Shown here piece after piece: positions 44,438-63,079 of a stretch of 64,000 nt of DNA. The stretch is taken from contig OZ024740.1 in the NCBI GenBank assembly GCA_964016885.1, forward strand, positions 330,088,001 through 330,152,000, given 5' to 3'. Source of the stretch: Eledone cirrhosa. Taxonomy: Eukaryota. The position numbers were made by a program, and so were the translations under genes. How positions within the stretch are numbered: the first letter of the stretch is position 1; the number at the start of each line of letters is the position of its first letter. The notes beneath the pieces were generated by a model, which was not told the DNA's origin, made no database searches, and worked only from the letters and a program-made list of their open reading frames with translations.

Positions 44438-47402
44438 ATGTCAGGGGCCTGGTGAAACTCAGCAACATGAGTAAAATTTCCTACCTGGGAGACTTAGCCA
44501 TAAGCAATCAAGCACTATGCATGGCACTAACCGAAACGCACCTGACAAGCAGTATAGCAGATGCAGAAATACATATACCGAAATATACTGTATTTCGTTC
44601 GGACAGGAAGGAGAGAACTCATGGTGGGGTTGCTCTGTATATCCGTGAAGATGTCACACCAATTGTTCTGCTGACACATTCAAACTCAGTCTGTGACACA
44701 CTGATAATACATATGAAGCAACTACAGACGGTAATATGTGTCACATATCGGCCGCCCGATGCCCCCAGTCATGAGGGTAAATTTGAGGATAGCCTAAGTA
44801 GGATAGAAGAGGTCCTTGACAAACTGGACCAGGGTCTCAACATCCTACTGCTGGGAGACTTCAACCTACCAAAGGTCAAATGGCCTGAGGGCCACCTCCT
44901 CCCTGGAATGACGTCAATAGAACAGAGACAGACGGAATCCCTGCTGGCCCTCACACACAGGCTGTTCATAGAGCAAGCAATACTCCTCCCAACAAGAGGC
45001 GAAAATGTCCTGGACCTCTGTTTTACAAACAACGAAGTGCTCATCCACAATGTAAAGGTGACACCAACAATTCTCTCGGATCATAACTTGGTAGAGCTAA
45101 TGATATGTGGTCCAAGAGAACCAACAGAGACAAAACCACCAAGAAGCTCCGGGACGCTATCCAGCCTTAACTTCTACGGGGCTGACTGGAAGAAGATTAA
45201 GAGTGAAATCCGGAAGCAAACATGGAGTGCAAACATCGCCACACAAGACACTAACACACAATTTCAACACTTCATGACAACGATACACACCATATGCAAA
45301 AAGTGTGTCCCGGAGAAAGAGGCAAACAGACACAAAAATCTTATTCCCAGAGATAGGAAAATCCTTATGAGACGTAGAACTAAACTCTCAAACCAGTTGA
45401 ATAGTCAACAAAACCAAAACAAGAAGGAATCCTATTTGAAACGTGCACTACTTGACACCGAGATTGCACTCAAGCTTTCACATGAGAATGAGAGGGCAAG
45501 GAAAAGAGAACAGGGCCATAGAAAACATTAAAACAAACCCTAAGGCCTTCTTTAAATTTGCAAAAGAAACTGCCTCAGTACACTGCAAGATTGGACCACT
45601 CTTCCACACGGACGGTTCATTAACCGAAAATCCCCAAGAGATATGTGAAATACTGAACGAACAGTACAAAAGTGTCTTCACATGTCCACTGAGGCACATG
45701 CAAATAACGAAGCCAGAGGAGTTCTTTGATGCCACAACACTACATCAAGAAATGGCAACCATCAACCACATAGACATAACGGAGGAGGATGTGGTGTACG
45801 CCATTGATGAAATTAGAACAGACTCGGCTGCTGGACCTGATGGATTCCCAGCAGTTCTCCTAAAAATATGTAAGCGGGCCTTAGCAACTCCACTGAAGAT
45901 GCTCTTCAGAAGCTCCTTGGCTAGCGGGTGTACTACCCAGGGAGCTGAAAGAAGGCACAATATGCCCCTATCCATAAAGGAGGGTAGTAGAGCGGAGGCC
46001 AAGAACTATAGGCCAGTCTCCCTGACGTCGCATATCAGTAAGGTCATGGAGCGAGTCGTCAGAAAGAAACTAATCACTTTCCTCGAAGAAAATGACCGCC
46101 TGACTAGCACGCAACATGGCTTCCGCCCAGGAAGAAGCTGCCTTACACAGCTGCTACATCACTACGACTGGGTACTGAGACAGCTACTAGACAGCTCACA
46201 TGTAGACGTGATATATCTTGACTTTGCGAAGGCCTTTGACAAGGTCGACCACGGAATGATATGTCACAAACTACACGGACTCGGCATAACTGGAAAAGTA
46301 GGTGAGTGGCTGCATGGCTTCCTGAGGGACAGAAGCCAGGCAGTCGCAGCAAATGGGGCCCTCTCGAGGGAAACACCGATAACAAGTGGGGTGCCTCAGG
46401 GGACAGTCCTGGGACCACTACTGTTTTTGGTGGCTCTCTCGGACATGCCCTCTGTGGTGCATGCAACAACATCCCTCACTAGCTATGCTGATGACACTAA
46501 GGTAGCACAGGCAATCAAAACCCGGCTGACGCTGCCCTCTTACAGCAGGATCTGGATGCCATATACAGATGGGCGGAAGAAAACAACATGCAGTTTAATG
46601 CTGGCAAATTCCAAGCCCTACAATACAAACCTGCAAACACAAACACAAATATAGCGGAACACAGCTACACAGGACCAGGAGGGACCGATATCCCCGTGTC
46701 AAAATCGATACGAGACCTGGGCATAGACATGAGCGATGATGCATCTTTTTCTTCACACATCATGAAGGTGGCGACAGCATGTAGACGATTCGCTGGCTGG
46801 ATCTTGAGGACTTTCCTTACAAGAGATCGAGACACCATGTTGACACTGTGGAGGACTTTTGTCCTAAGCCGCCCCTGGACTACTGCTCCCAGCTGTGGTC
46901 ACCCCATAGTGTCAAACTAACCACAGAGCTTGAGGCAATCCAGCGAAGCTACACCAAGAGGATTGCCAAGATGAGGGAGACAAGCTACTGGGAGAGGCTG
47001 AAGGAACTGAACCTCTACTCCTTGGAGCGAAGACGGGAGAGATACGCAGTGATCTACATGTGGAAAATCCTGGAGGGACTAGCACCAAACTTTGGCATTG
47101 GGAGCTGGACCAACCGTCGAACAGGACGTCACTGTGTGGTGCCAAAGGTCCCGTCTTCCACATCTAGAATAAGGAGCAGGTATTGCAATAGCCTGGGATT
47201 CAAGGGCCCTCAACTCTTCAACAGGCTGCCGAGGCATCTGCGAGACTTGCATGACGTGGAGGTGGATGTCTTTAAGAAACATCTCGACACCTTGTTATCC
47301 AGGATCCCGGATGAGCCCACAGCAAGACACGAGGGAAACCTAAGGGCAGCAGCAACAAACTCCCTCCTACACCAGTGGCCAACCTATACAGGCTGGAGAT
47401 AA
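44356..47402 (+). pseudogene. LINE ORF2 (APE endonuclease plus RT), frameshifted in this assembly
   Basis: APE motifs NVRGL, LTETHL, GGVALY, YRPP, GDFN, LDL, SDH. RT motifs GPDG, NYRPVSLTS, QHGFRPGRSC, YLDFAKAFDKVDH, SGVPQGTVLGPLLF, YADD. CR1-like C-terminus LDYCSQLWSPH..LEAIQR..Y.ERLKELNLYSLERRR. Split over four ORF calls. Confidence 0.9.
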
Positions 47403-47477
47403 AATGTGTAGCAACAAGGGCGGTGCCCCAGCATGGCCTCAGCCGGATGGCTGAAACAGGTAAAAGAGTAAAAGAGT

Positions 47478-47480
47478 ATG

Positions 47481-47527
<47 letters not shown>

Positions 47528-47542
47528 GTATATATATATATT

Positions 47543-47573
<31 letters not shown>

Positions 47574-47596
47574 ATATATATATATGTATATATATG

Positions 47597-47631
<35 letters not shown>

Positions 47632-47642
47632 GTATATATATG

Positions 47643-47673
<31 letters not shown>

Positions 47674-47684
47674 GTATATATATG

Positions 47685-47715
<31 letters not shown>

Positions 47716-47726
47716 GTATATATATG

Positions 47727-47757
<31 letters not shown>

Positions 47758-47818
47758 GTATATATATGTATATATATATATATGTATATATATGTATATA
47801 TATATATATGTATATATG

Positions 47819-47849
<31 letters not shown>

Positions 47850-47872
47850 GTATATATATATGTATATATATG

Positions 47873-47903
<31 letters not shown>

Positions 47904-47946
47904 GTATATATATATGTATATATATATATATGTATATATATATATG

Positions 47947-48023
<77 letters not shown>

Positions 48024-48026
48024 GTG

Positions 48027-48081
<55 letters not shown>

Positions 48082-48084
48082 GTG

Positions 48085-48118
<34 letters not shown>

Positions 48119-48126
48119 TATGTATA
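47478..48126. repeat. (TA)n microsatellite with TG interruptions
   Basis: Direct reading. Confidence 0.95.
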
Positions 48127-48503
48127 TACAATATTAAATAAATGGAAACTATATTTATAAAACCATATTTATTTCATTATATATATTTCAGGGATATCAT
48201 ATTAACAATATGCTATGCCTTCCTCAGACAAAATACAATATAAACAGTTTTATAGATAAATAGATTCGACATACCGTAACAACATTGATTTGCATTTGAA
48301 GAGGTTGATTTGGCTGCCAAATCAACCTCTTCAAATGCAAGTCAATGTTGTTACGGTATGTCGAATCTATTTATCTATAAAACTGTTTATATTGTATTTT
48401 GTCTGAGGAAGGCATAGCATATTGTTAATATGATATCCCTGAAATATATATAATGAAATAAATATGGTTTTATAAATATAGTTTCCATTTATTTAATATT
48501 GTA
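48127..48503. repeat. Near-perfect palindrome, 188-bp arms, 1-nt loop, within a TA-bounded island (to about 48590)
   Basis: Centre gaggttgatttggc-t-gccaaatcaacctc at 48315. Each arm carries CTGAGGA-aggcata...tatccct-GAAA-tatata (plus arm 48403-48450). Confidence 0.9.
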
Positions 48504-48590
48504 AATATACTCCAAATATTTGTCGAGTGCTTTTATATCAGTTATAAATATTTACTAGTTGTAACCCAACAATTTTAAATATAACTTTCC

Positions 48591-52816
<4,226 letters not shown>

Positions 52817-52850
52817 TTATATATATATACATATATATATATAAATATAT

Positions 52851-55171
52851 ATTGTTATACTTGGGGAGTGTCATATTTGTGTAATATTGCCAGAATTAAT
52901 AACAGAACACACTCACTGTTTGGTTGGTTTTCGCTTTTCGCTTCTGTGTCTTTTATATCGGTAATTTAATTTATTCGGTCCTCAATGTTGCCATTGACTG
53001 ACCAACGGTCAAAAATACAGATACAATATAGACACAAACACATATATATATATAGTTTATCAAAGTTCTTTCGTTGCACATCTGCAACAACGTGAGTGGT
53101 GCTATTGTTTCCTCCCGTTGCATTGTATTTTCTATGCCATCTTTATTTAGTCTGCTTATATAATTATGTATTTGTTTATTTTGTTGTCTTATTTGCGCAT
53201 GCGTTTGCGTGTGTGTATAGTGTTTTGTTTGATGTGTGTTCGCGATTGGGTGACTGTGTATTTGTTAATGTATTCTATCTTTACTAGAGCGTGATTATAT
53301 GTGTTTGTTGTTATTGTGCTTGTGTATGTATTTATTTATTTATCTATTTATTTATTTATTTATACTTCTCTTAGGTCAGTGTTGTTTGTTTGGGAGTTGT
53401 TGTTATTCCATTCATTTTTTCTGATTAGCCTTGGCCTTCTAAGTTCTATTTCACTGGCCTCTCTGATTTGCCGATCCGCTGGGTCATTTCTATGTTTAGA
53501 TATTATTCTAATTTCTATGTTCTCTATGTCTTTAAGTGGGTCTTTCTCAGGGTCTTTCTACACTGGTTAGATAATTTCCCTCCAGGAGTAGCGTCCACAA
53601 ACATGACACTCTGGTATCTCTGGTTGTCGTACCATGAGGTGGCTATCCCTATCTTATGTATAGCCCTATCTAAGCTATTCCATGATTTGCCCCTGTATAA
53701 TAGGCAAAATCCTTTGATGTCCAGTTCTATGAGGGTCTTATACTTCTCCGTGGCTCCTTCGTAAACTCTGACTCTGTCTCTTTGGTTGTAGCCATAGAAC
53801 TGCATGCGGTTGATGAAGTGTTGGATGTGTCTTCCCATTTCTGTTGGGCCGCACATGCGGGACACGTTCTTCATCACTCGTACCAAGTCTGCGATCAGAA
53901 TATTAAACTTAGCACTACTGGACATTGCTGAGCTTTTGAGTATCAGGTATTTGGAGACCATGGGTTTAGCATAGTGTAAGTGGAGAATTTGGGCTCTTTC
54001 GTCTATAGTGTTAATCCAGAATTCCGTGTCTAATACAGGTAGTCTATTGTTAGGGTATTTGGAAGCGTAGTCGATAGTTACAGTTATACTCTGGTGTATG
54101 GAATTAGGTATCTGCTGGATGCTTTCCATTGTGCGTCGTTCTTAATAAAACTTGTTAGTGCTCTCTTGTGGGATGTTCTTATAACTATATTGATATCGTC
54201 TACGTAACGAGAGTACATGATCTATGGAGCTCTCATTAAGGATATCTTTAAGTCTCCTTTCCCACCATACCGTAAAAAGGTTGGCAACGTCACCAGCTAT
54301 GCAGGGGGTACTTGCAGAAACATGACAACAACATACATAGGCGAGAGAGCTCGTGCATAGGTGAAAGGATAGACCAACACCGGGGGAAACTAAAAGGACG
54401 AAAAACCGGTTCAGTACTATATGAACATGCCAGACAACACGACGGTAACGTAGACAACATAGAAATTAGAATAATATCTAAACAAAGAAATGACCCAGCA
54501 GATAGGCAAATCAGAGAGGCCAGTGAAATAGAACTTAGAAGGCCAAGACTAAACAGAAAACATGAATGGAATAACAACAACACCCAAACAAACAACACTC
54601 ACCTAAGAGAAGTATAAATAAATAAATAAATAAATAGATAAATAAATAAATAGATACACAAGCACAATAACAACAAACACATATAAACACACACTAGTAA
54701 AGATAGAATACATTAACCAATACACACTCACCCAATCACGAAGACACATCAAACAAAACACTATACACACACGCAAACGCATGCGCAAAGAAGACAAAAA
54801 AAGTAAACAAATAAATAAATATATAAACAGACTAAATACAGATGGCGTAGAAAATACAATGCAACGGGAGGCAACAATAGCACCACTGACGTTGTTGCAG
54901 ATGTGCAACGAAAGAACTTTGATAAACTATATATATATGTGTTTGTGTCTATATTGTATCTGTATTTTTGAGCGTTGGTAAGTCAATGGCAACACTGAGG
55001 ACCAAATAAATTAAATTACCGATATAAAAGACACAGAAGCGAAAAGCGAAAACCAACCAAACAGTGAGTGTGTTCTGTTATTAATTCTGGCAATATTGCA
55101 CAAATATGACCCTCCCCAAGGATAACAATGTGTTTCGACACTAGATTCCATATAAAAAATCTCGCAAAACT
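52851..55171. mobile_element. PLE family B head-to-head pair (paralog of 20411-22722)
   Basis: ORF remnants 53524-54129 (-) and 54312-54617 (+), with the same deletion and junction. Confidence 0.85.
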
Positions 55172-55172
55172 A

Positions 55173-55252
<80 letters not shown>

Positions 55253-55254
<2 letters not shown>

Positions 55255-56141
55255 GAGCGGAACAAGTAATCATCAAACAATCTTTTAAATAAATTAAAAC
55301 ACGATTTAAATATTCACTTGTTCTATTGCTGTTACCGACGGTTCCACTAATCAACAGATTGGAAATTCAGAGAATTTTCAATGCAAAGAATTAGATCTTC
55401 AGACAGCTATTTCCATACTATAAGGGTATAAAGCCTCATAGCAAGAGAATATATTGCTTCCTGCTCGTTGACTGGTGTCAGCCCGTTAAAGTGACCTACA
55501 CACAAAAATAAGTCATAAGTAAAAACGGGATATTATAAACTTGTTGTTCATGCTGGTAAAAATAGTAGTGCGATAGAACGTTTTGTTCTATACATTTTAA
55601 GGAGAATAATATATAAAATGGTATGGATATTCCAACAGGTACTAAGTACCCACAGAAATATGCATGGTGTTTATAATAGTTGCGGTTCGATGGTACTAAT
55701 TTGAGATACAAGAACTATAAAAATGAGCGGAACAAGTAATCATCAAACAATCTTTTAAATAAATTAAAAAACGATTTAAATATTCACCTGTTCTATTGCT
55801 GTTACTGATGGTTTCACTAATCAAAAGATTGTAAATTCAAAGAATTTCCAATGGAAAGGATTAGATCTTCAGACAGCTATGCCCATACTATAAGGGTATA
55901 CAGCCTCATAGTAAGAGAATATATCGCTTCCTGCCCGTTGCATGGGGCAGGCCGTTAAAGTAACCTACACACAAAAATAGGCCATAAGTAAAAGCGGGTT
56001 ATTATAAACTTGTTGATCATGCTGCTAAAAATAGCAGCGCGATACAACGTTTTGTTCTATACATTTTAAGGAGAATAAATATAAAAGGGTATGGATATTC
56101 CAACAGGTACTAAGTACCCACAGAAATATGCATGGTGTTTC
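55253..56141 (-). repeat. About 465-470-bp hammerhead tandem (paralog of 22758-23642); motifs at 55328-55407 and 55798-55877
   Basis: gctgt-CTGAAGA-tctaat...gattagt-G(A/G)AA-cc...TA-acagc. Confidence 0.75.
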
Positions 56142-56155
56142 GCTTTTACTTATGT

Positions 56156-56682
56156 TTATTTGTGTGTGTAGGTCACTGTAACAGCCTGACCCCATGCAAC
56201 CGGCAGGAAGCGATATGTGGTGGTGAGTAAGGAGGTAGCCCTGGGGCCGAGGACACCAGAAATCTCCACTGCCAGGGGTACGACCGCAAACCTGTCGGAG
56301 AGCGATCGGTATTTGAGGAGTTTGGCCCCGTCAGCCCGACGGGAAGCAGAACCTGGGTCAGTCGCAGACTGTACTAGGTTGCAGCTGTAGAAAGTGTCGG
56401 TGCAAGTGGTATCCCAGCCGAGGGCTTTGCCACCGCGGAACGGGAAGATGGTCATGCCATCTGGCCTTTTGCCGTCCCCTCGGTCCAGCACCACAAGCTC
56501 GAGCTGGGAAGGGAAGCCTACAGTGTCCAAGCTACGCTTAAAGACCCCGTTGAGGGCAGCATGGCGTGGAATGAGGCCGGCACTGTGGCGACAGGAAAGC
56601 GGGTGGAGGCTGAACGAGTCCACGGTGGAACTGCAGCGACATTGGTGTGGCTGGCAGATCCGGTGGCCGAGCCTCAAGGAAA
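56156..56682 (-). pseudogene. CRE-like RLE retrotransposon 3' fragment (open frame in this copy)
   Basis: CRC..HPLSC...RHAALN...DGKRPDG...WDTTCTDT...KYRSL...AVEISG. Confidence 0.8.
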
Positions 56683-58824
56683 CAGTCGATCACTACATTT
56701 TTTTAGTGTGTAATTCTTTCAAATTTGTCAATCTATTATACATTATTGTATATAACTTATTTTCTCAGTGCGCTTCCATCTGCTGATGTAGATAATGCAT
56801 ATCTGCTTCGTGTGCAGTTGACGAATTTTTGAAGAACTATTTAGTTTCACATATTATTATCGTGGCTAAATTCTTTATTCACCAAGAGAAACAAAAAATA
56901 TTACATTTGAAACGTCTAAATCATGATGTTTGTAATCAATATATTTTAAGGCATCAAATCTTGAATCCGACACTTATTTGTGACTCTGTGCCAGATGTCG
57001 TTCAAATTCATATTTATTTTTCATGAGCACGAGCCTGTTTCAAGCATTTAGAAATCAGTCGATTTAACATATCAGAACAAGGAAAAGTGAACATAACATG
57101 AATATTGAAGATTCATCCCTTCTGTATATGGCTGTTTAATGTATTTGCCCATATTACTCAGGTTTGATGCTAAAACTTGGGCCGTAACTGATTGATTTGA
57201 CCGTCATTTCATGTTCTCTTTGAATATCTTTGATTCATATCATTTCAAAAAAACTCCAGAATTCATCAGCGGTTTCAATCTTATTCATAATCATTCGGTA
57301 GGCATACGTACGAATATAGCAGAAGGGTTTTTCCCAACACTCATGACACTTGACTATCTATCGCTCGAATGTTTTAAAGAAATAACTATTTGCTCGGTTG
57401 ATAATCGTCGCATGCCAAATTTCAATAGGTCTTATGATGTATAGAAAATATTAAAAGAATTGTGTTATTAAAATTAATTATGGGATTTAGAGATATAAAT
57501 TGCCGGTAAAACAACAGTAAATTCAACGTAAGGCTCACATATCCATGATATCTCATGGGATATTACGTATACCTAAATGGCAAGTTACCTTTGAGTTTAC
57601 AGCTGCTCCTGTGTAAACATATGTAGTGTAAATATATGCAGTTTCTTTTATTTATGTTAACCTCAGTATATTGCAAAAAAAGGCCTAAAATATGTGAAGA
57701 TGAAGGAGATTTTTAAAAATAAATATTACATGCAGCATTTTGAAACATGCTACCGGAAAAAAACTCATGAGTGAACATTTTTAGATTCTATTTTAGAGTT
57801 TAATAGACAAGAGACCATGTTCAATTTACTCACCGGCATGGTATCTGGATTAATTTAAGGCATCTAAATACAAAATAGTCGTTAGGTTGGTCCTTGCCAG
57901 TTAATAGAGAGATTAATAAGAATTGCGTGAACGGTTCAAATATCAATACACAAATTACATACTGTATACATAAATGATCAACGAAAACATGGAACCTTAT
58001 CCAGATTCAATGGTTGAGGTGAGACATTCTTTTAAGTGATTTTGTGTATTTTGCTTTACCTGTTATTGATACATTACACTATGATATATATTTTTGAAAT
58101 TCTCAACGGATGAAATAATGTGGTTTTTTTATTTTTGCACAACTGAAATGCTGTGAAACATATAAATCAGCCTATAGCCTCTATATAGCAGAAGTAATGA
58201 TTTCTACTTAAATGCCCCATTGTTCGTTTATTTTAATGTGTGTATGTATGTATGTATGCATGAATGTATGCATACACAAACACATACATACACTTACGCA
58301 CACATATATATATGCACACTCACACATACTTATAACCTCCCAAAACATATTTCTAAAATAGAATTTCTTTTAGAATTCTATAGCTTTGACAATCCTATAT
58401 ATCTCACCCTCCTGAACCAATTGTCCCTAGCTTACATTTTCCTTCTTCGCCACCCCAACTGAACTTCTGACCAGTTCTGTACTACTACTACCTCACTCTC
58501 TCTCTATATATATAATGTTATTTTTCTTAGAGCCAGTCTTCCTCCCGACACGAAAGATGAAAAGTCCTTCAATACTTAATTTTTAATTTTTAATTCCTTT
58601 TTCAATCCTCTTTAAAATTCTAATTGTAATATTTGATATTGTATAAGTTAGATGACATCGGAACCGGTAATATTTATATATTATATATATTCTATAAAAA
58701 TCATTTTTAAAATAATGTCAGGAATCAAAGAAAAAAAAAAAACAGATTCTTTAAATATATTTCCGTGCAACTTCCATTCTTACTCTTTTTCTATAACACT
58801 GTTTTGTATAGAACCTTACTCCAT

Positions 58825-58938
<114 letters not shown>

Positions 58939-58967
58939 TGTGAGAGAGAGAGAGAGAGAGAGGGAGC

Positions 58968-60042
58968 GAAATGGAAAAGAATGAAACGAAATTTCATATC
59001 TCACTCTTAGTACGGCTGACACCTAAATATAAGTATGTATACGTACATACATATATGTGTACAGACGCACAGTAGTATGTATATATATATATATATATAT
59101 ATACATACATGTACACGCACACATATATATATATATATATGTACGTATGTGTTTACCGAACATTTATTATAATGTTCGGTTTGTTTGTAAACAAACAGCC
59201 CGAATTACGCCGTACAGTTCTGGGTAACCATCGACGCCCTTTTGTTCAACACTGACACAGGAACGATGTACTAGTTTCAAGCTCATTAGCTATCGTCAGC
59301 ATCGTATGCCTTTCTGTGAGATGATTGAACGTCTGAAGTATATACTTTCCCCATGCATAATAACGGCTGAGCAGCCTAATTTCCATATCGAGTGAGTTAG
59401 TTGGCCGGGCATACCGAAAACGATAAATAAAAGAATGAAACGAAATTTCATTTCTCACTCTTAGTCCGGCTGATCCCTAAATATAAGTATTTATACGTAA
59501 ATACATATATGTGTACATACGTACATTAGTATGTATATATATATACATACATGCACACATATATATATATGTACGTATGGGTTTACTGAACATTTATTAT
59601 AACGTTCGGTTTGTCTGTAAACAAACAGCCCGAATTACGCCGTACAGTGCTGGGTAACCATCGTCGCCCTTTTGTTCAACACTGACACAGGAACGATGTA
59701 CTAGTTTCAAGCTTATTAGCTATCGTCAGCATCGTATACCTAACTACCAGTCGATTGAACGGCTGAAAGTATATACTTTCCTTATGCATATTAACGGCTG
59801 AGCAGCCTAATTTGTATATCGAGTGAGTTAGTCGGCCGGAAACGATAAATGGAAAAGATTGAAACGAAATTTCATTTCTCACTCTTAGTACGGCTTATAC
59901 CTAAAGTATGTATACGCACATACATATATGTGTACAGACGCACAGTAGTATGTATATATAGACATACATGCATACACATATATACATATGTACGTATGGG
60001 TTTAGCGAATATTTATTATAATGCATAAGGAAAGTATATATA
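58968..60042 (-). repeat. About 430-bp hammerhead tandem (about 2.4 units); ribozymes at 59263-59305 and 59693-59735
   Basis: acgatg-CTGACGA-t-agct-aat(g/a)-agct-t-GAAA-ctag-TA-catcgt occurs twice, 430 bp apart. Confidence 0.82.
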
Positions 60043-63000
60043 GACTGGGGAGAGGATGGGTAGGTGTTAAAGGTGGAGGGAGAAGGTGGTGGTGTGAGGG
60101 ATGGTGTGTATATTAGTGGAGGTTTTAGCGGGATGTGTGTGAGAGGGGTGAAGGTGGAACGGGGGGAGAGAGAGAGGGAGAGAACAGTTTATTGGGACGG
60201 ATGAGGGAGTGTAGTGTACTGGTGTGTGTGTGCGTTTTGGATATGAGTGTGTGTGTGTGTGTGTGGTAGAGAGGGTGTTAGTATTACTGGTGGTGGGGAA
60301 GGGGTTGAATGCGGGTCTGTAAATTAGGGTTAGTGGTGGTTGGCTGTGTGGAGTGGGTGGTGTATCGGTATGTACATAGGTGTGGGTGGGTGCAGGTGTG
60401 ATGGTGTGTGTTCGTGAGGGTGAAGGTGGGTTGGAGGATGTTAGTAATATTAGTTGTGGGGTGGTCAGATGTGGATGTGAGGGTGGGGGTTAGTGGTGGT
60501 GGTAGGGTGTGTGGATAGTGTGAGTCCGTGTATATGTGTGCAGGTGGGTATGTGCGTGTGGGGTGTGTGGATGCGCGGGTGCTAGGTGGAGGGGTGGATA
60601 TGTTAGTATTGTTAGTTGGGGTGAGGGCCGGGGGTGGTGCGGGTGTTAGTATTATTAGTTGTGAGGTGAGCCAAGGGAGTCTGGGCGGTGGAACTGAGGA
60701 GTGGGTTAGTGGTGTTAGTGGAGGATGTGTGTGTTGTCGAAGGCTAAAGGAATAGGGGTGGGCAGTTCAGGCCGGGGGTGTGGGTCTGTAGGGTGAAAAT
60801 GGTGTGTTTTTCGACCTTAAAGAGGGTGGCGGGTGCCCCATGGCATTGGATCAGGCCACAGACTGCGAGGTGGTGGGAATGTCCAGGAGAGCCAAAGTGG
60901 CAGGCGATGAGGGAAGTCCCGCCGAGACGAATATCTCGGAGATGCTCCGTGAACCGATCCGCCAGGCGACGTCCAGTCTGTCCGACGTAGTTTGCGCTGC
61001 AGTCCTAGCTGCGAAGTCCAGAGACGAGGCTGGAGGAGGTTCAGCGGAAGGTGTGCCGGACAGAGAGAGTGGCCGTTGGGACCCTGGAAGGTGGTGGTGT
61101 TGGTGATGTGTGCGCAGGTGTGACAGCGAGGCCTGGATTATGGAAGACTAACGTGGGTTGGTGGGGTTGGGAGTTGTGGACGAGGAGAGAGCGGAGATTA
61201 CGAGCGCGTTTGTAGGATGCGAGGGTGGGGATGGGACGATGGGGGGGGGTGGAAGGTTCGAACCGGAGGCGTCGATAGAGGCGGATGATGGTGCGGTGGA
61301 GGGATAAGGTGGAAGTCTGGTAGATGATGGGGAAGGGGATACGGTGGGTGTTTGTGCGGGGACATGGGATGATGGCGGTGAATCGGTGGACAGTACGGGC
61401 GCGAGTGAGGGCGTTTTGGGACGATGTAAAGTCTCCGGATGAAATGGCTGACTAGAGAAAGGGCCTGATATATATATATATATATATCACCCGTCGAGGT
61501 GCTACTCATTCCTATACACACATATATATATATATATATGTGTGTGTGTTCAAAGGGTTAAACAAGCAAACGCAGGAGTGAGTGGTACATTGTTTTATTG
61601 TACGTGATGGCAAGAGTGTGATAGTCTGCAAGGCGTGGGTGGAGGGATAGCAGGGAAATTGAAGTCAGAGCGGGATTGGTGGAAAGTAATGTGTATTTCT
61701 ATGTGTAGATGTATGTCTAGAGACCGGAAGGAAATGAGTGTATGCGAATGTAAGATTTTGAAAAAAACTTGTATGTGTTGTGCTGGAGTGTATGTCTGTG
61801 CGTGTGTAGTTCATGTATGGGTGTAGGTGTGTATTTGTGTGTTTGTGGATGGAGGGGGATAGATGGGATCAGATCAGATCGTGTCAAATCCGGAGGCGGT
61901 GTGGGGATGAAGTGTAGGTGTATGAGTGGTTAAAAAAAGAAGTGGATGTACGGTGTGTCTGTTGGTGACGTGGGTTCATGTAAGGAACGTAGTTGCGTGT
62001 GTGCAGAAATAGTGCAAGTGTCTGTGTGTCTAAATTTCTGAACGAATGTTCGTGTGTGTGTGTGGATGGTAAAGATGCGAATGTAATTCCGATGGATTGA
62101 AGGTGAGGTATATTCCAGGTTCATGTAGAAGAAAATGGCGTGAGGAAGTGAAATGGTAGGATGGCGTGCCCAAGCGAAAAAGTGGGAGAAAGGGTTGGAG
62201 AGGGTGATGATGACATGACAATGTGTGAGAGGGATAGGAGGAGGTGGCGCCGAACGGACAGAACTTGGTGGGTGAGAGTGATAGTAGTAGTACTATGTGT
62301 GCGTGAGGGTAGTTATCTGTGTAGACAGGCAACTGTGTGTGGGTGAAAGTGCCATGTGTGTATGTATGTGTGTATGTAGTTATGTGTGTGTAGAAAGCAT
62401 AGTGGACATGCGAAGAGATAATGTTTGTGTGAGAGTGAGTGTATATTCTGGTGTGTGTATGTGTGCGTGTGTGTGTGTGTTTGTTTGTGTTTAGATGTTT
62501 AGAGTGTAAGTGCGTGTGTGTTTTTGTGGTTTAAGGGTGTTAAGAGTGAACGAAAGGGTGGTTGTGTTATGGGGTTAGTTGTGTTAGTGGGGTGGTGAGG
62601 TGTCGGTGTGTGTGGGTAGAGTTTAGTGGTGATAGTAGGGCAGGTGACTGGAGAGAGGAAGGTGCATGTGCACATACACGGCAGTGTGTGTATATACTGG
62701 TGTGCGTATGTGTGCGTGTTTAAGGTGTATGTGTGTGTGTGTGTTTTTGTTGTAAGGGTGAAGGAAAGGGTTGTGGTGGTGGGGAGTTAGTAGTGTTAGT
62801 GTTGAGGCGAGTGGGGTGTGGGTAGAGGTTAGTGGTGATAGTAGGGGAGGGGAGGGGTGTGGGAGTCAGTCGGGTTTGCTAAAGAAAGTGGGTGGGGTGT
62901 TCAAACCTTGGGTGGTCATATCTGTAATTCGAAGATGGTACGTTGTTCAGGCCCAAGTCGGGCATCGGGCCTCCCAGGGCACGCAATCAAGGCGCAGACG

Positions 63001-63077
63001 GTCAAGTTGCGATCGGAGTGCCCGGCTGAGCAGAAGTGTCGGGCTATGGGGGAACACGAGCCGAGTCGGATGTCGTG
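60043..63077 (-). mobile_element. Two Neptune-like PLE 3' fragments (paralogs of 27057-30088)
   Basis: Same GIY-YIG C-terminal remnants and CA-rich tails. Confidence 0.72.
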
Positions 63078-63079
63078 TG

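Larger units (their letters stand above)
42822..47478 (+). mobile_element. Apparently full-length CR1-group LINE inserted in (TA)n
   Basis: CT-rich 5' UTR, ORF1, APE-RT ORF2, and a short tail (taaaagag)2. (TA)n on both sides. Confidence 0.88.
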
